In this document: piece after piece, positions 18,999 through 27,984 of the stretch | How the letters are laid out: each line of letters opens with the position of its first letter | Numbering within the stretch: position 1 is the first letter of the stretch | Assembly (NCBI GenBank): GCA_963663275.1 | Contig: OY760183.1 | Location: forward strand, 864,001 to 928,000 | DNA length: 64,000 bases | Origin: Chloroflexota bacterium | GTDB taxonomy: Bacteria; Chloroflexota; UBA11872; VXOZ01 | Reading direction: 5' to 3' | Translations under genes and position numbers: made by a program | The notes under the pieces: model-generated | The model's database searches: none | Told to the model about the DNA's origin: nothing | The model's input: the letters and a program-made list of their open reading frames with translations, nothing else

Positions 18999-21187
18999 AG
19001 CTCTTCCCTTTCAGAGTGTTCTATCTGCCACGCCGTTCCGTCCCACCGCAGGGTCACGTAGCCGCGCTGCGGCGGTCGGATTACGTGTATTCCCCGCGCC
19101 CGCCACTGGGCGTCGCGTTCGTCCGGCCACGGCTCGTCCAACACCAGCAGGCGCGGCCCGAGCGCGGCAATGACGTAGGCCAGCCGCGCCGGCGTAATCG
19201 CGCCCTGCACGATGAGCGCTGCGACCGGCGGCAGGCCGTGCACGTTTGCGCCTGCCTGTATGATAGCAAGTTGCTGGCCGCCAAGCGTGGCCAGCATGAA
19301 CGCCGGCCCACCGGCGGCGTTCATGCTCAGCGTGTCGGCAGCGCCGAGGGCCAGCCGGTAGCGGTCGCCGGCCGGCAGGCGTTCGTACGCCTCATTCGTT
19401 TGCAGTGCCCAGTGCTCTCCCGCGTGTTGGAGCGTGCTTCCAATGTTGCCGCGCGGCGGCAGCGCGCCGCTGCCTCCGATCCAGAGCGCGTGGTTGCGCT
19501 GCCAGATGGGCAGCAGGCGGTCCAGGTCGTAGCGGCTGGGCGGCTCGCGAAAGCCGATGAGCAGCGGACGGCGGCGCGGCGTCTCCAGCAGCACCGCGCT
19601 GCCCAGGGAACGCTCCAGCAGCGTGACGCTGGGCTGCCGGTTGAGTTCCGACGCCATGCCGCCCCAGAGCACCAGCAGAATGCTGCCGACCGTGCCCAGG
19701 CTGAAGACCGTCGTCCACGAGAGCGGCGCGTTCTCAAAGTGGAGCCACCCGCCGGTCGCGCGGGGCCGGCGGCGCATCCACAGCACGATGAGCAGCGTGA
19801 GCAGCGCCGCATGGATCGCCGGCAGGAGCGCGCCCGCGGAAATGGTGAGCGACGGCCAGCGGCTCACCTCCGTGGCAATGCGGATGAACGCCTCCAGCGG
19901 CAGGTAGGCGCTCCAGGCCAGCACCTGGCCGGCGCCGGTGTGGACCAGGCCCGCGGCCGTCGCCACCGCGCCGCTTAGCATGATCCAGGGTATGAGCGGC
20001 AGGGCCAGCACGTTGCTGATGAGAAAGAACGGCGACACCCGCCCGAAGGTGTAGAGCAATAGTGGCAGGACGAAAAGCTGCGCGGCCAGGGTGGGCGCGA
20101 CGATTGCGGACAAGGGATACGGCAGCCAGCGCAGCCGGTCGTGCAGAGGATCCACCAGCACCATCAGGCCGGCCGTAGCCGCCACGGAAAGCTGGAAGCC
20201 CACGTCCCACAGAATCTTGGGTTCCCAGGCGGTCATGGCCACCGCGGCCAGGGAGAGGGCCGACCAAGGGTCGCGGTCGCGTCCCAGCGTAGCGGCCAGC
20301 AGCAGGAGGATCGCCATCACCGCGGCGCGCACCACCGCCGGATTTGCGCCGACCAGGATGGTGTAGAGCGCCACGCCGCCCATGCTCAGCCAGAGCGCGC
20401 GCCGGCCAAAGAGCGGGCGCGTCACGCTCTGCAGCATGATGGCCACGATAGTCATGTTGAAGCCGGAGATGGCGATGAGGTGGGTGGTGCCGGAGAGGTC
20501 GAACGCCTGGCGCAGCGTGGCGGGGATGCCCGCCCGCGCGCCCAGCAGAATGCCCTGGAGCAACGGGGCGTGGGGACGCGGCAGGATGTCGTCCATCACG
20601 CCCAGCAGCCGTTCTTTCACGCCGTAGAGCGCGCGCAAGTACGGTTGGCCGCGTTCCCCCGGCAGCGTCTCCACTCGTGGAAAGGCCAGCAGCGCCTGGA
20701 CGCCCAACCGTTCCAGGTACCGCTGGTAGCCCGGGCTGTTCACGCTGGACACCGCCTCCAGGCGGCCGCTCACCTCCCAGGCCACGCCGTACCGGGCGGG
20801 AAATCCGGGCGGCAGCGTCAACCGCGCCTGGCCGGAGACCGGTTGCCAGGCGTCGCCGTTCCACACGGCTTCGGCGCGAAACGTCACCCGTGTGCTGCGC
20901 TCGGAGCGAACCGGCTCGGAGGCGGTCCAGCCGCGCAGGGTGACCGCTTGCGCCAGGTAGGGTTCCAGGGGATTGGCGGCGGCGTCGCTCGCGGTAACGT
21001 GGTAGCGCATCATGCCCAGCGCGGCGGCAACCAGCAGCAGCGCGCCCAGCGCGACCGGGCGCGTGCCCGCGGCCGCCAGGCCCAGGCCGCTCAGCAGCAA
21101 GAGCGCGGCTACCGCCCACGGCAGCGGCGGCAACCACGTCCCCAGCACGATGCCGGCCAGAAACGCCGGCCCGAGAATGCGCGTCAC
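18995..21187 (-). CDS. comEC: ComEC/Rec2 competence protein
   Basis: GTTHLIAISGFN, PAVVRAAVM, GFQLS motifs; many TM segments. Confidence 0.9.
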   Translation of the reverse strand: MTRILGPAFLAGIVLGTWLPPLPWAVAALLLLSGLGLAAAGTRPVALGALLLVAAALGMMRYHVTASDAAANPLEPYLAQAVTLRGWTASEPVRSERSTRVTFRAEAVWNGDAWQPVSGQARLTLPPGFPARYGVAWEVSGRLEAVSSVNSPGYQRYLERLGVQALLAFPRVETLPGERGQPYLRALYGVKERLLGVMDDILPRPHAPLLQGILLGARAGIPATLRQAFDLSGTTHLIAISGFNMTIVAIMLQSVTRPLFGRRALWLSMGGVALYTILVGANPAVVRAAVMAILLLLAATLGRDRDPWSALSLAAVAMTAWEPKILWDVGFQLSVAATAGLMVLVDPLHDRLRWLPYPLSAIVAPTLAAQLFVLPLLLYTFGRVSPFFLISNVLALPLIPWIMLSGAVATAAGLVHTGAGQVLAWSAYLPLEAFIRIATEVSRWPSLTISAGALLPAIHAALLTLLIVLWMRRRPRATGGWLHFENAPLSWTTVFSLGTVGSILLVLWGGMASELNRQPSVTLLERSLGSAVLLETPRRRPLLIGFREPPSRYDLDRLLPIWQRNHALWIGGSGALPPRGNIGSTLQHAGEHWALQTNEAYERLPAGDRYRLALGAADTLSMNAAGGPAFMLATLGGQQLAIIQAGANVHGLPPVAALIVQGAITPARLAYVIAALGPRLLVLDEPWPDERDAQWRARGIHVIRPPQRGYVTLRWDGTAWQIEHSEREEL

Positions 21188-21247
21188 TACACGTGGATAG
21201 AAAGCTACTCACCGGCGCGGGAGACGCCGGCGGCGGAAAGGCTCTTA

Positions 21248-21463
21248 GAGTCTGTTTACGATCGTTTTGTCTGCACGAGGAACGTTCGCCCTGAGCCGCG
21301 TCGAAGGGTGAACGGAATCACCGCAAGGTTGCATATAGCCGTTCATGCTTCGACAGGCCTGTACTGAGCTTACCGAAGTGCTCAGCACTAACGGTCTCTA
21401 TCGGCTTTGCTAACTCCCTCATAAGCAGATAGTAAACAGGATGAGCGGATAGTAAACAGGCTC
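21248..21463. mobile_element. Possible MITE with 12-bp imperfect TIR enclosing a REP doublet
   Basis: GAGTCTGTTTAC ... GTAAACAGGCTC, flanked by TTA / TCA. Confidence 0.45.
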
Positions 21464-21482
21464 TCAGCCCGCTTGAAGCCGC

Positions 21483-21776
21483 CTAGAGCAAGCGGCGGCG
21501 GGTTTGCAGGCGAATGCGTTGGGGCGCGGCCGCGGGGTCGTCGGCCGGGCGCAACTCCAGGAAGATGCCGCCGGACTGCCCGATCACCGTGCCGACGAAC
21601 TGCGGCGCCGCGTCGTCCTGGCCGGTCAGTTCCCAGATAACCACGGCGTCGCCGGGCTCCATCGGCGCCGACTTCCGGCCGCCGGGCGGAATGCGGTGCG
21701 CTACCGTATCGCCGTTCACCGTGATACGCTGGGGGGTAGTCCCCGTGTTCGTATAGTCCAGGCGATATACCGCCAC
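21483..21776 (-). CDS. Hypothetical protein
   Basis: 97-aa ORF with plausible composition; no motif recognised. Confidence 0.5.
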   Translation of the reverse strand: MAVYRLDYTNTGTTPQRITVNGDTVAHRIPPGGRKSAPMEPGDAVVIWELTGQDDAAPQFVGTVIGQSGGIFLELRPADDPAAAPQRIRLQTRRRLL

Positions 21777-21997
21777 CGGTTCCGCCGCTCCACTTCGTTC
21801 GTTGCGGGCGCGTACGCGCTACGGCCTGAGCCGCGGCGCAAACGTCCCTCCTGGCGTTCTCCGCTCTCCATCATACCAATTCCCGCGTCATCAACCCAGC
21901 CGTAGGCTCACGACGGCCAACTTCGCCGCTCGCCCTGAGCATAGTCGCCGCGCCACGCGGGCTACGCCGTTTGCCCAGAGCAGAGCCGCTGCGCGCG

Positions 21998-22098
21998 CCG
22001 TTCGCCCTGAGCATAGTCGAAGGGTGAACGGCGGGCAAGAGAGCCCTTGTTCGCCCTCGCTCTCTCCGTTCATGCTTCGACAGGCTCAGCACGAACGG
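21998..22098. repeat. REP-like inverted doublet (family D)
   Basis: CCGTTCGCCCTGAGCATAGTCGAAGGGTGAACGG ... CCGTTCATGCTTCGACAGGCTCAGCACGAACGG; related copies near 21283-21395, 30546-30650 and 49850-50098. Confidence 0.8.
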
Positions 22099-22368
22099 AA
22101 AGAGCGAGGCACGAATGGAGAGAGCGGGGCACGAATGGAGAGAGCGGGGCACGAACGGAAAGAGCGGGGCACGAACGGAGAGAGCAGGGCACGAACGGAA
22201 AGAGCAAGGCACGAACGGAAAGAGCAAGGCACGAACAGGGAGAGCGGGGCACGAATGGAGAGAACGAGGCACGAACGGAGAGAGCGGTGCACGAACGGAG
22301 AGAGTGGGGCACGAACGGAAAGAGCGGGGCCCGAACAGGGAGAGCAGGGCACGAATGGAGAGAGCGGG
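22089..22368 (+). repeat. 20-bp tandem repeat, 14 units
   Basis: Consensus GCACGAACGGA(A/G)AGAGCGGG with no spacers. Confidence 0.92.
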
Positions 22369-22491
22369 GCAAGAGAAGGCGACCGCGTCCACTCACGCGC
22401 GTGATAAGAACGCCGTAGTAGTCATGACCTTCCCGTCACGAGTATAATGTTCGTGTGGAAACGCGCGCCGCCGCGCACGAGAGCATTTGCC

Positions 22492-23220
22492 ATGCAGACC
22501 CTCGTTACACCGCGCCAATACGATTCCGCGCTATCTACGGATCAGACTCCCGCCGTGCAAGCCTTTGCCGCCGCGCTCGGAGAGGGAGAGCACTGGTATG
22601 GCGCGCTCCTGGGCGCGGTGCATCTCTGGAGCCGGGATGAAGAGTGCTACGGCGGGCGCTACTTTCGCTACCTGATAGCCGGTGAGGCGCTCGACCTGCT
22701 GCTGGTCATGGAGCGCATTAGCTGGGATTGGCGGCATCTTCTGCCGGGGGAGGAGTACAACGCGCTCTTCTTCTATGCCCGGCCGCCACACACCTACGCG
22801 GACGAGGCGTTTGCCCACCTGCTGGGCGAAGAGAAATACCGCGCGTACCTCAACTACTTCTACGGCGTAACCCTGGAAGAGGTGCTGCTGCACGCGGTGG
22901 AAGACGAAATCCTGAAAGCCACGAACTTTGGCGTTACGCGGGATTCGCGGGACCCGGAAAGCCCCTACACGCGCTTGTACGGCAGGAACGAGCACGAACT
23001 CTTGCGGGAGTACAGCGCGGAGCGGGAGCGCGACCGCAGCGGCGTCATGACGTTCACCGAGTGGAAAGAGTTCCTCTACTGGCTCTTCAAGCAGCGGGTT
23101 GCCAACTCGCTGCCGGAGCGCCTGGCCAGCGACACGCAGAAGGGCCTGGATACCCTGCGCCTGCTGCGCGGCACGTATCCGGCCGGGCCGTTCGACACGC
23201 TGCGGGGGTACAGTGAATAA
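22492..23220 (+). CDS. Hypothetical protein
   Basis: Long ORF with host-like codon usage, aromatic-rich (YLNYFYGVTLEE); upstream TATAAT at 22443. Confidence 0.75.
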   Translation: MQTLVTPRQYDSALSTDQTPAVQAFAAALGEGEHWYGALLGAVHLWSRDEECYGGRYFRYLIAGEALDLLLVMERISWDWRHLLPGEEYNALFFYARPPHTYADEAFAHLLGEEKYRAYLNYFYGVTLEEVLLHAVEDEILKATNFGVTRDSRDPESPYTRLYGRNEHELLREYSAERERDRSGVMTFTEWKEFLYWLFKQRVANSLPERLASDTQKGLDTLRLLRGTYPAGPFDTLRGYSE

Positions 23221-23474
23221 TGCGCCAACTCATCTGGCTCCTGACCGCGCTGAGCCTGGCGCTGGTGCTCTGGGTGGAGTTCCGCACGCGCCTCTCGCGC
23301 AGCCTGAAGATCGCGGCGTGGTTCTACGTGGCCGCGCTCGGGGCGCGGCTCGTCTTCGGCTGGTCGTGGGACAACGCGCTGGCGTTGGGTCTCGTTATCG
23401 GGATAGGCGGTTTGATCTGGGTGGCGGTCTGGTACATCACCGAGCGCATCGCCCGCGGCCAGGCGCAGAAGTAG
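23220..23474 (+). CDS. Small membrane protein (about 3 TM)
   Basis: Hydrophobic; ATG overlaps the upstream stop (TAATG). Confidence 0.7.
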   Translation: MRQLIWLLTALSLALVLWVEFRTRLSRSLKIAAWFYVAALGARLVFGWSWDNALALGLVIGIGGLIWVAVWYITERIARGQAQK

Positions 23475-23544
23475 CGTCCCCGCAATTGACGCAACCGCCC
23501 GCTTGACGAATAATAGAGAGAAGAAAGGGTAGGGTGTTTTCACG

Positions 23545-23946
23545 ATGCCGGAAAGAATGTCCAAACGCGACGAACAAGAGGTGCGGCGGCTGCTGGACGG
23601 CATCGAGGTCTACGTGCCGGAAGAGAAGCAGCGGCCCCGCCGCGCGGCATTTTCCCTGCGGCGCGCTTTCTACGCCGTCTTCGATCGCTTCGGTTCCAGC
23701 GGCACGCTGCTCTTGCTGGGCCTTGCCGCGCTTGTGCTGGCCAACGTGCTGCGTCTTACGTTTCCGCTGGCGGCCCCAATGCTGGGCGTCGCCGCCGCTA
23801 TCTGTCTTGGCGGGGCGTTCTTCATGGCTTTTCGCGGCAACCGGCGGCAGCCCGCCAAGATGTGGCGGGGCCGGGACATGGCCGACGGCGCGCCGGGCCT
23901 GCTGGAGCGCCTCCGCCGCGGATGGCGGACGCGCCGCCCTTTCTAG
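23545..23946 (+). CDS. Hypothetical 2-TM protein
   Basis: Two hydrophobic segments; upstream TTGACG-N17-AATAAT at 23486-23514. Confidence 0.65.
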   Translation: MPERMSKRDEQEVRRLLDGIEVYVPEEKQRPRRAAFSLRRAFYAVFDRFGSSGTLLLLGLAALVLANVLRLTFPLAAPMLGVAAAICLGGAFFMAFRGNRRQPAKMWRGRDMADGAPGLLERLRRGWRTRRPF

Positions 23947-24033
23947 CGCGCCTGTAAACCGGGCGCCCGTCCAACCGACCGACGAACGGTCTTGCTTCGA
24001 TTGAGTGTCGTCTCGCAGTCGCGAAGGAGAACA

Positions 24034-26472
24034 ATGATGTTACAGCGGCTTTCTTCGTATTCTACGCGCGCGCTGGGCTTGAGCGGCCCGCGCGTTTCAT
24101 TGGGCAGATTGGTGGCGCTGCTTTGTCTGGGCGGCGTCTTTCTGCTGACGGCGGCGGCGTACCAGTCGCCGTGCACGGAAGACGTTAGCGCCGAAGATTG
24201 CGCGGTTCTGACCGGCGGCGTGGCCGACGTCCTGCGCGGCGAGGGCGGCGCGGACCTCAATTGGAATGACGACACCCCCATCACCGAGTGGACGGGCGTC
24301 ACCCTGGACTCTGAAACGAAGCGCGTAACCCGCATCGACCTCCGCAACCTTGACCTGCGGGGCACGATACCGGCGGCCCTGGGTGAACTCACCGGCCTGG
24401 AGCGGCTGTGGCTCTCCGGCAACCAACTCACCGGCGAGATTCCGCTGGAGTTGGGCAACCTTTCCAACCTGAACTGGGTTACCCTGAGCGGCAATCAATT
24501 CACCGGCTGCCTACCGGACGAATTCCGCGACATCGGCTACGGCGACGTGGCCGAACTTGGCCTGCCGTACTGCGCGGAGAACGAACACGCGACGCTGCTG
24601 GAGATGCGGGACGCGCTGGTGGGCGAAGGCACGGCGCTCAATTGGGCTGACGACCTCGACGTCAGCGAATGGGACGGCGTGGGACTCGATTCCCTGATGC
24701 GCGTAACCTCACTCAGCCTCTCGGAACACGGCCTGCGGGGCATCATTCCCGCCGGGCTGGGCAGCCTCACTCATCTGAAATCGATATACCTCTCGCAAAA
24801 CCGGCTGACGGGCAGCATTCCGGCGGAGTTGGGCAACCTGGCCAACCTGAGTTCGCTCTCGCTCTCCCGCAACGACCTGACCGGTGAAATACCGGTGGAG
24901 TTGAGCGGCCTTGCCGAATTGCGCTCGCTGTCGCTCTCTTACAACAAGCTGACCGGCGGCATACCGGTGGAGTTGAGCGGCCTTGCCGAGTTGCGCTCGC
25001 TGGTGCTCTCCTTCAATAAGCTGACCGGCGGCATACCGGCGGAACTGGGCGGCCTCTCCAACCTGACGACGATGCATCTTGCCTTCAACCGTCTGACCGG
25101 CGAGATACCGGTGGAGTTGAGCGCCCTTACCGAGTTGCGCACGTTGTCGCTCTGGAACAACCGGCTGACCGGCCGCATACCGCCGGTGCTGGGCAACCTC
25201 ACCGAACTGCGCGAACTGGACCTGGACAACAACCACCTGACCGGCGAAATACCGCCGGAGTTGGGTAACCTTACCGAACTGCAAGAGTTGTGGATCGACG
25301 GCACCGGCGTGTCCGGCGAGATACCGCCGGAGTTGGGCAACCTGGTCAATCTCTGGGCGCTCGGCCTTTCCAACAACGACCTGACCGGCCCCATTCCGGC
25401 CGCATTGGCCGACATTCCGAACCTGTCGTGGCTCTACCTCAACGGCAACCAACTGAGCGGCGAGATACCGGCGGAACTGGGCAACCTCGTCCACCTGCGC
25501 TACTTCAACCTCTCCCACAACCGGCTGACCGGCGCGATACCGGTGGAGTTGAGCAACTTCTCCTTCGTGCGGACGTTCAATCTCTCCCATAACCGGCTGA
25601 GCGGGGAGATTCCGGTGGAGTTAGGCGATCTCGTCTACCTGGAGATCATTTCGCTGGCGTCCAATCAACTGACCGGCGACATTCCGGCGGCGTTGAGCAA
25701 CCCCGGCAAGCTGGAAACGCTCGACCTCAGCGACAACCAACTGAGCGGCGCGATACCGGCCTCGCTGGGCAGCCTCTCCAGCCTGACCGAACTCGACCTC
25801 TCCCACAACCACCTGACCGGCGCGATACCGGCGGAGTTGGGCGAACTGGGCCGCCTGACCGTGCTGGACCTGGGCCACAACCAACTGACCGGCGAGATAC
25901 CGGTGACGTTGGGCAATCTGGCAAACTTGCAGACGCTCGGCCTCTGGAATAATCAACTGACCGGCAGCCTGCCGCCGGAACTGGGCAACCTGTCCAACCT
26001 GCGGTCCATGGACATGCGCCACAACCAACTTTCGGGCGAACTGCCGGCTACGCTGGGCAATCTCTCCAAACTGCGCGAGTTGGATATGGACGAGAACCAG
26101 TTCTCCGGCAGTCTGCCGCCGGCGCTGGGCAACTTGATCAGGCTGCGGGAGATGGACTTCAACGAGAACCTGCTTACCGGCAGCATCCCGGCCGAGTTTG
26201 GCAATCTGACGAACCTGGAGTGGCTGGACCTGGACGAGAATCAGCTTTCCGGCAGCATTCCGGCTGAACTGGGGAACCTGAGCAACTTGCAGACCTTGGA
26301 CCTGGGCGAAAACCAGTTGAGCGGCGACATTCCCGTGGAACTGGGTAACCTGGAGTCCCTCAGCAAGCTGGACCTCAGCGGGAACCAATTCACCGGCTGT
26401 ATACCCGGCGGGCTGCGCGACGTGCAGTACAGCGACCTGGATCAGCTTGGCCTGGGCTTCTGCGGCGAGTAA
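24034..26472 (+). CDS. Secreted leucine-rich repeat protein (plant-specific LRR class)
   Basis: About 27 24-aa repeats LxxLxLxxNxL(T/S)GxIPxELGx; N-terminal hydrophobic signal; RBS AAGGAG. Confidence 0.93.
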   Translation: MMLQRLSSYSTRALGLSGPRVSLGRLVALLCLGGVFLLTAAAYQSPCTEDVSAEDCAVLTGGVADVLRGEGGADLNWNDDTPITEWTGVTLDSETKRVTRIDLRNLDLRGTIPAALGELTGLERLWLSGNQLTGEIPLELGNLSNLNWVTLSGNQFTGCLPDEFRDIGYGDVAELGLPYCAENEHATLLEMRDALVGEGTALNWADDLDVSEWDGVGLDSLMRVTSLSLSEHGLRGIIPAGLGSLTHLKSIYLSQNRLTGSIPAELGNLANLSSLSLSRNDLTGEIPVELSGLAELRSLSLSYNKLTGGIPVELSGLAELRSLVLSFNKLTGGIPAELGGLSNLTTMHLAFNRLTGEIPVELSALTELRTLSLWNNRLTGRIPPVLGNLTELRELDLDNNHLTGEIPPELGNLTELQELWIDGTGVSGEIPPELGNLVNLWALGLSNNDLTGPIPAALADIPNLSWLYLNGNQLSGEIPAELGNLVHLRYFNLSHNRLTGAIPVELSNFSFVRTFNLSHNRLSGEIPVELGDLVYLEIISLASNQLTGDIPAALSNPGKLETLDLSDNQLSGAIPASLGSLSSLTELDLSHNHLTGAIPAELGELGRLTVLDLGHNQLTGEIPVTLGNLANLQTLGLWNNQLTGSLPPELGNLSNLRSMDMRHNQLSGELPATLGNLSKLRELDMDENQFSGSLPPALGNLIRLREMDFNENLLTGSIPAEFGNLTNLEWLDLDENQLSGSIPAELGNLSNLQTLDLGENQLSGDIPVELGNLESLSKLDLSGNQFTGCIPGGLRDVQYSDLDQLGLGFCGE

Positions 26473-26577
26473 CCGGCGCCGCAACACTCCCGTAGAGTGA
26501 GGAACGCACACACCGGCGGCGCAACCGCTGGTGTGTGCGTTGTCGTTACACGCATCGCGGAAACGGCGTCACGAAAG

Positions 26578-27183
26578 ATGCGCATTGGCATTCTGGGCGG
26601 CACGTTCGACCCCATCCACTACGGGCACGTGCGCGCGGCGGAGCAGGCGCGCGCCGGGCAGCGGCTGGACCGCGTGCTCTTCGTGCCGGCCAATCGCTCG
26701 CCCCTCAAAGCGGACACGCAGGCCAACGCGGCTCACCGGGTGGCGATGGCGCGCCTGGCAATCGCGGACAACCCGGCCTTTGCGCTCTCCACCGTGGACG
26801 TGGCGCGGCCGCCGCCCAGCTACGCGCTGGATACGGTGGCGGCGCTCCGGCGCGCCTATCCCGCCGCCGCGCTGGTCTTTCTCATCGGCGCCGACCAGCT
26901 AGCCGACCTGCCCCAGTGGCGCGCGCCGGAGCAACTCCTGCAAGCGGTGCCCATCGTCGCGCTCACCCGCCCGGCCGCGGCCGGCGCGATTGCGGACGCC
27001 CTGGAGAAGCTGTCCCCGGCGGCGCGGGCGCGGGTGACCGTGCAGGAGATGCCGGCGGTGGACATCTCCGCCAGCGAGATCCGGCGTCGCGCGGCCGCCG
27101 GCCGCTCCCTCCAGGGCCTCACGCCGCCCGCGGTGGTGGAGTACATCGAGACGCGCCGGCTCTACCGGCCGCCGGAGCGATGA
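26578..27183 (+). CDS. nadD: Nicotinate-nucleotide adenylyltransferase
   Basis: GILGGTFDPIHYGH, IGAD, ISASEIR. Confidence 0.95.
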   Translation: MRIGILGGTFDPIHYGHVRAAEQARAGQRLDRVLFVPANRSPLKADTQANAAHRVAMARLAIADNPAFALSTVDVARPPPSYALDTVAALRRAYPAAALVFLIGADQLADLPQWRAPEQLLQAVPIVALTRPAAAGAIADALEKLSPAARARVTVQEMPAVDISASEIRRRAAAGRSLQGLTPPAVVEYIETRRLYRPPER

Positions 27184-27258
27184 CGACGCCGGGCGCGCGG
27201 CAGGCCCGTACAAGTGCGCCGGAAACGTGCCTGAAGAGTCACCGCGCGAGAGCGCGTG

Positions 27259-27267
27259 TGCTATAAT
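27259..27267 (+). promoter_or_regulatory. Extended -10 promoter (probable leaderless rsfS transcript)
   Basis: TGCTATAAT lies 7 nt before ATG 27275; no SD sequence. Confidence 0.6.
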
Positions 27268-27274
27268 AGAGCCG

Positions 27275-27619
27275 ATGGACGGCTTAGAGAAAGCGAAGCT
27301 CGCAGTTGACGTGATGGCCGAACACGGCGGCGCCGATATTGCTCTGCTCGATATCAGGCGCCAGACCGTTGAGGCCGACTTCTTTGTGCTGTGTTCGGCG
27401 GAATCCTCGCCGCAGTTGCGCGCAATCGTGGAGCACATCGAAGGGGAACTGGGCGCGCGCGGCGAGACGCCCCTGCGCAGCGAAGGCAAAGGCGAAGGCG
27501 GCTGGGTGGTGCTCGATTACGGCGACGTGATGGCGCACGTATTCTCCAGCGACATGCGGGAGTACTACCACCTGGAGCGCCTCTGGTCGCAGGCTACGAC
27601 CATTCTGCGGGTGCAGTGA
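27275..27619 (+). CDS. rsfS: Ribosome silencing factor
   Basis: ADFFVLCS, WVVLDYGDVMAHVF, REYYHLERLW; follows nadD. Confidence 0.93.
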   Translation: MDGLEKAKLAVDVMAEHGGADIALLDIRRQTVEADFFVLCSAESSPQLRAIVEHIEGELGARGETPLRSEGKGEGGWVVLDYGDVMAHVFSSDMREYYHLERLWSQATTILRVQ

Positions 27620-27728
27620 CCCGCAAACGCCGCCCCCGGCACACTCAGCAGGCGGCTGCGACCGGAGAGCGGCAACGGCGAGCGGGCAGCGGCGCGGCTG
27701 CCGTCACTGGGACAAAGGGGATGACATC

Positions 27729-27923
27729 ATGCTTCGTACGAAACTCGCGGCGGAAGACGACAACTTCGTTTGGGGCATCGCTCTCGGCGCGCTGTGCGGC
27801 CTGGTGCTTGGTTCCGTGCTCGGCGCTTTGCTGGGCCACGATAGCTTCTCCTTGTTGCGCCGCGTGACCCAACGCTTCCTCGGCCGTGATGAGGACGTGA
27901 ACTTCGAGATCTTCGTCCAATAG
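27729..27923 (+). CDS. Small Gly-rich single-TM protein
   Basis: FVWGIALGALCGLVLGSVLGALL segment. Confidence 0.55.
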   Translation: MLRTKLAAEDDNFVWGIALGALCGLVLGSVLGALLGHDSFSLLRRVTQRFLGRDEDVNFEIFVQ

Positions 27924-27984
27924 CCCGCCCTGCGGGATCCTCTTTTGCTCCCGCCACCCGCCGCTGCCCAGCCATACGGATTCC

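Noticed and set aside
22047-22447. Repeat-rich ORFs (ERAGHER..., ARTER...) or a mini-CRISPR
   Set aside because: All frames are open only because the 20-bp unit lacks stops; there are no spacers and no RBS.
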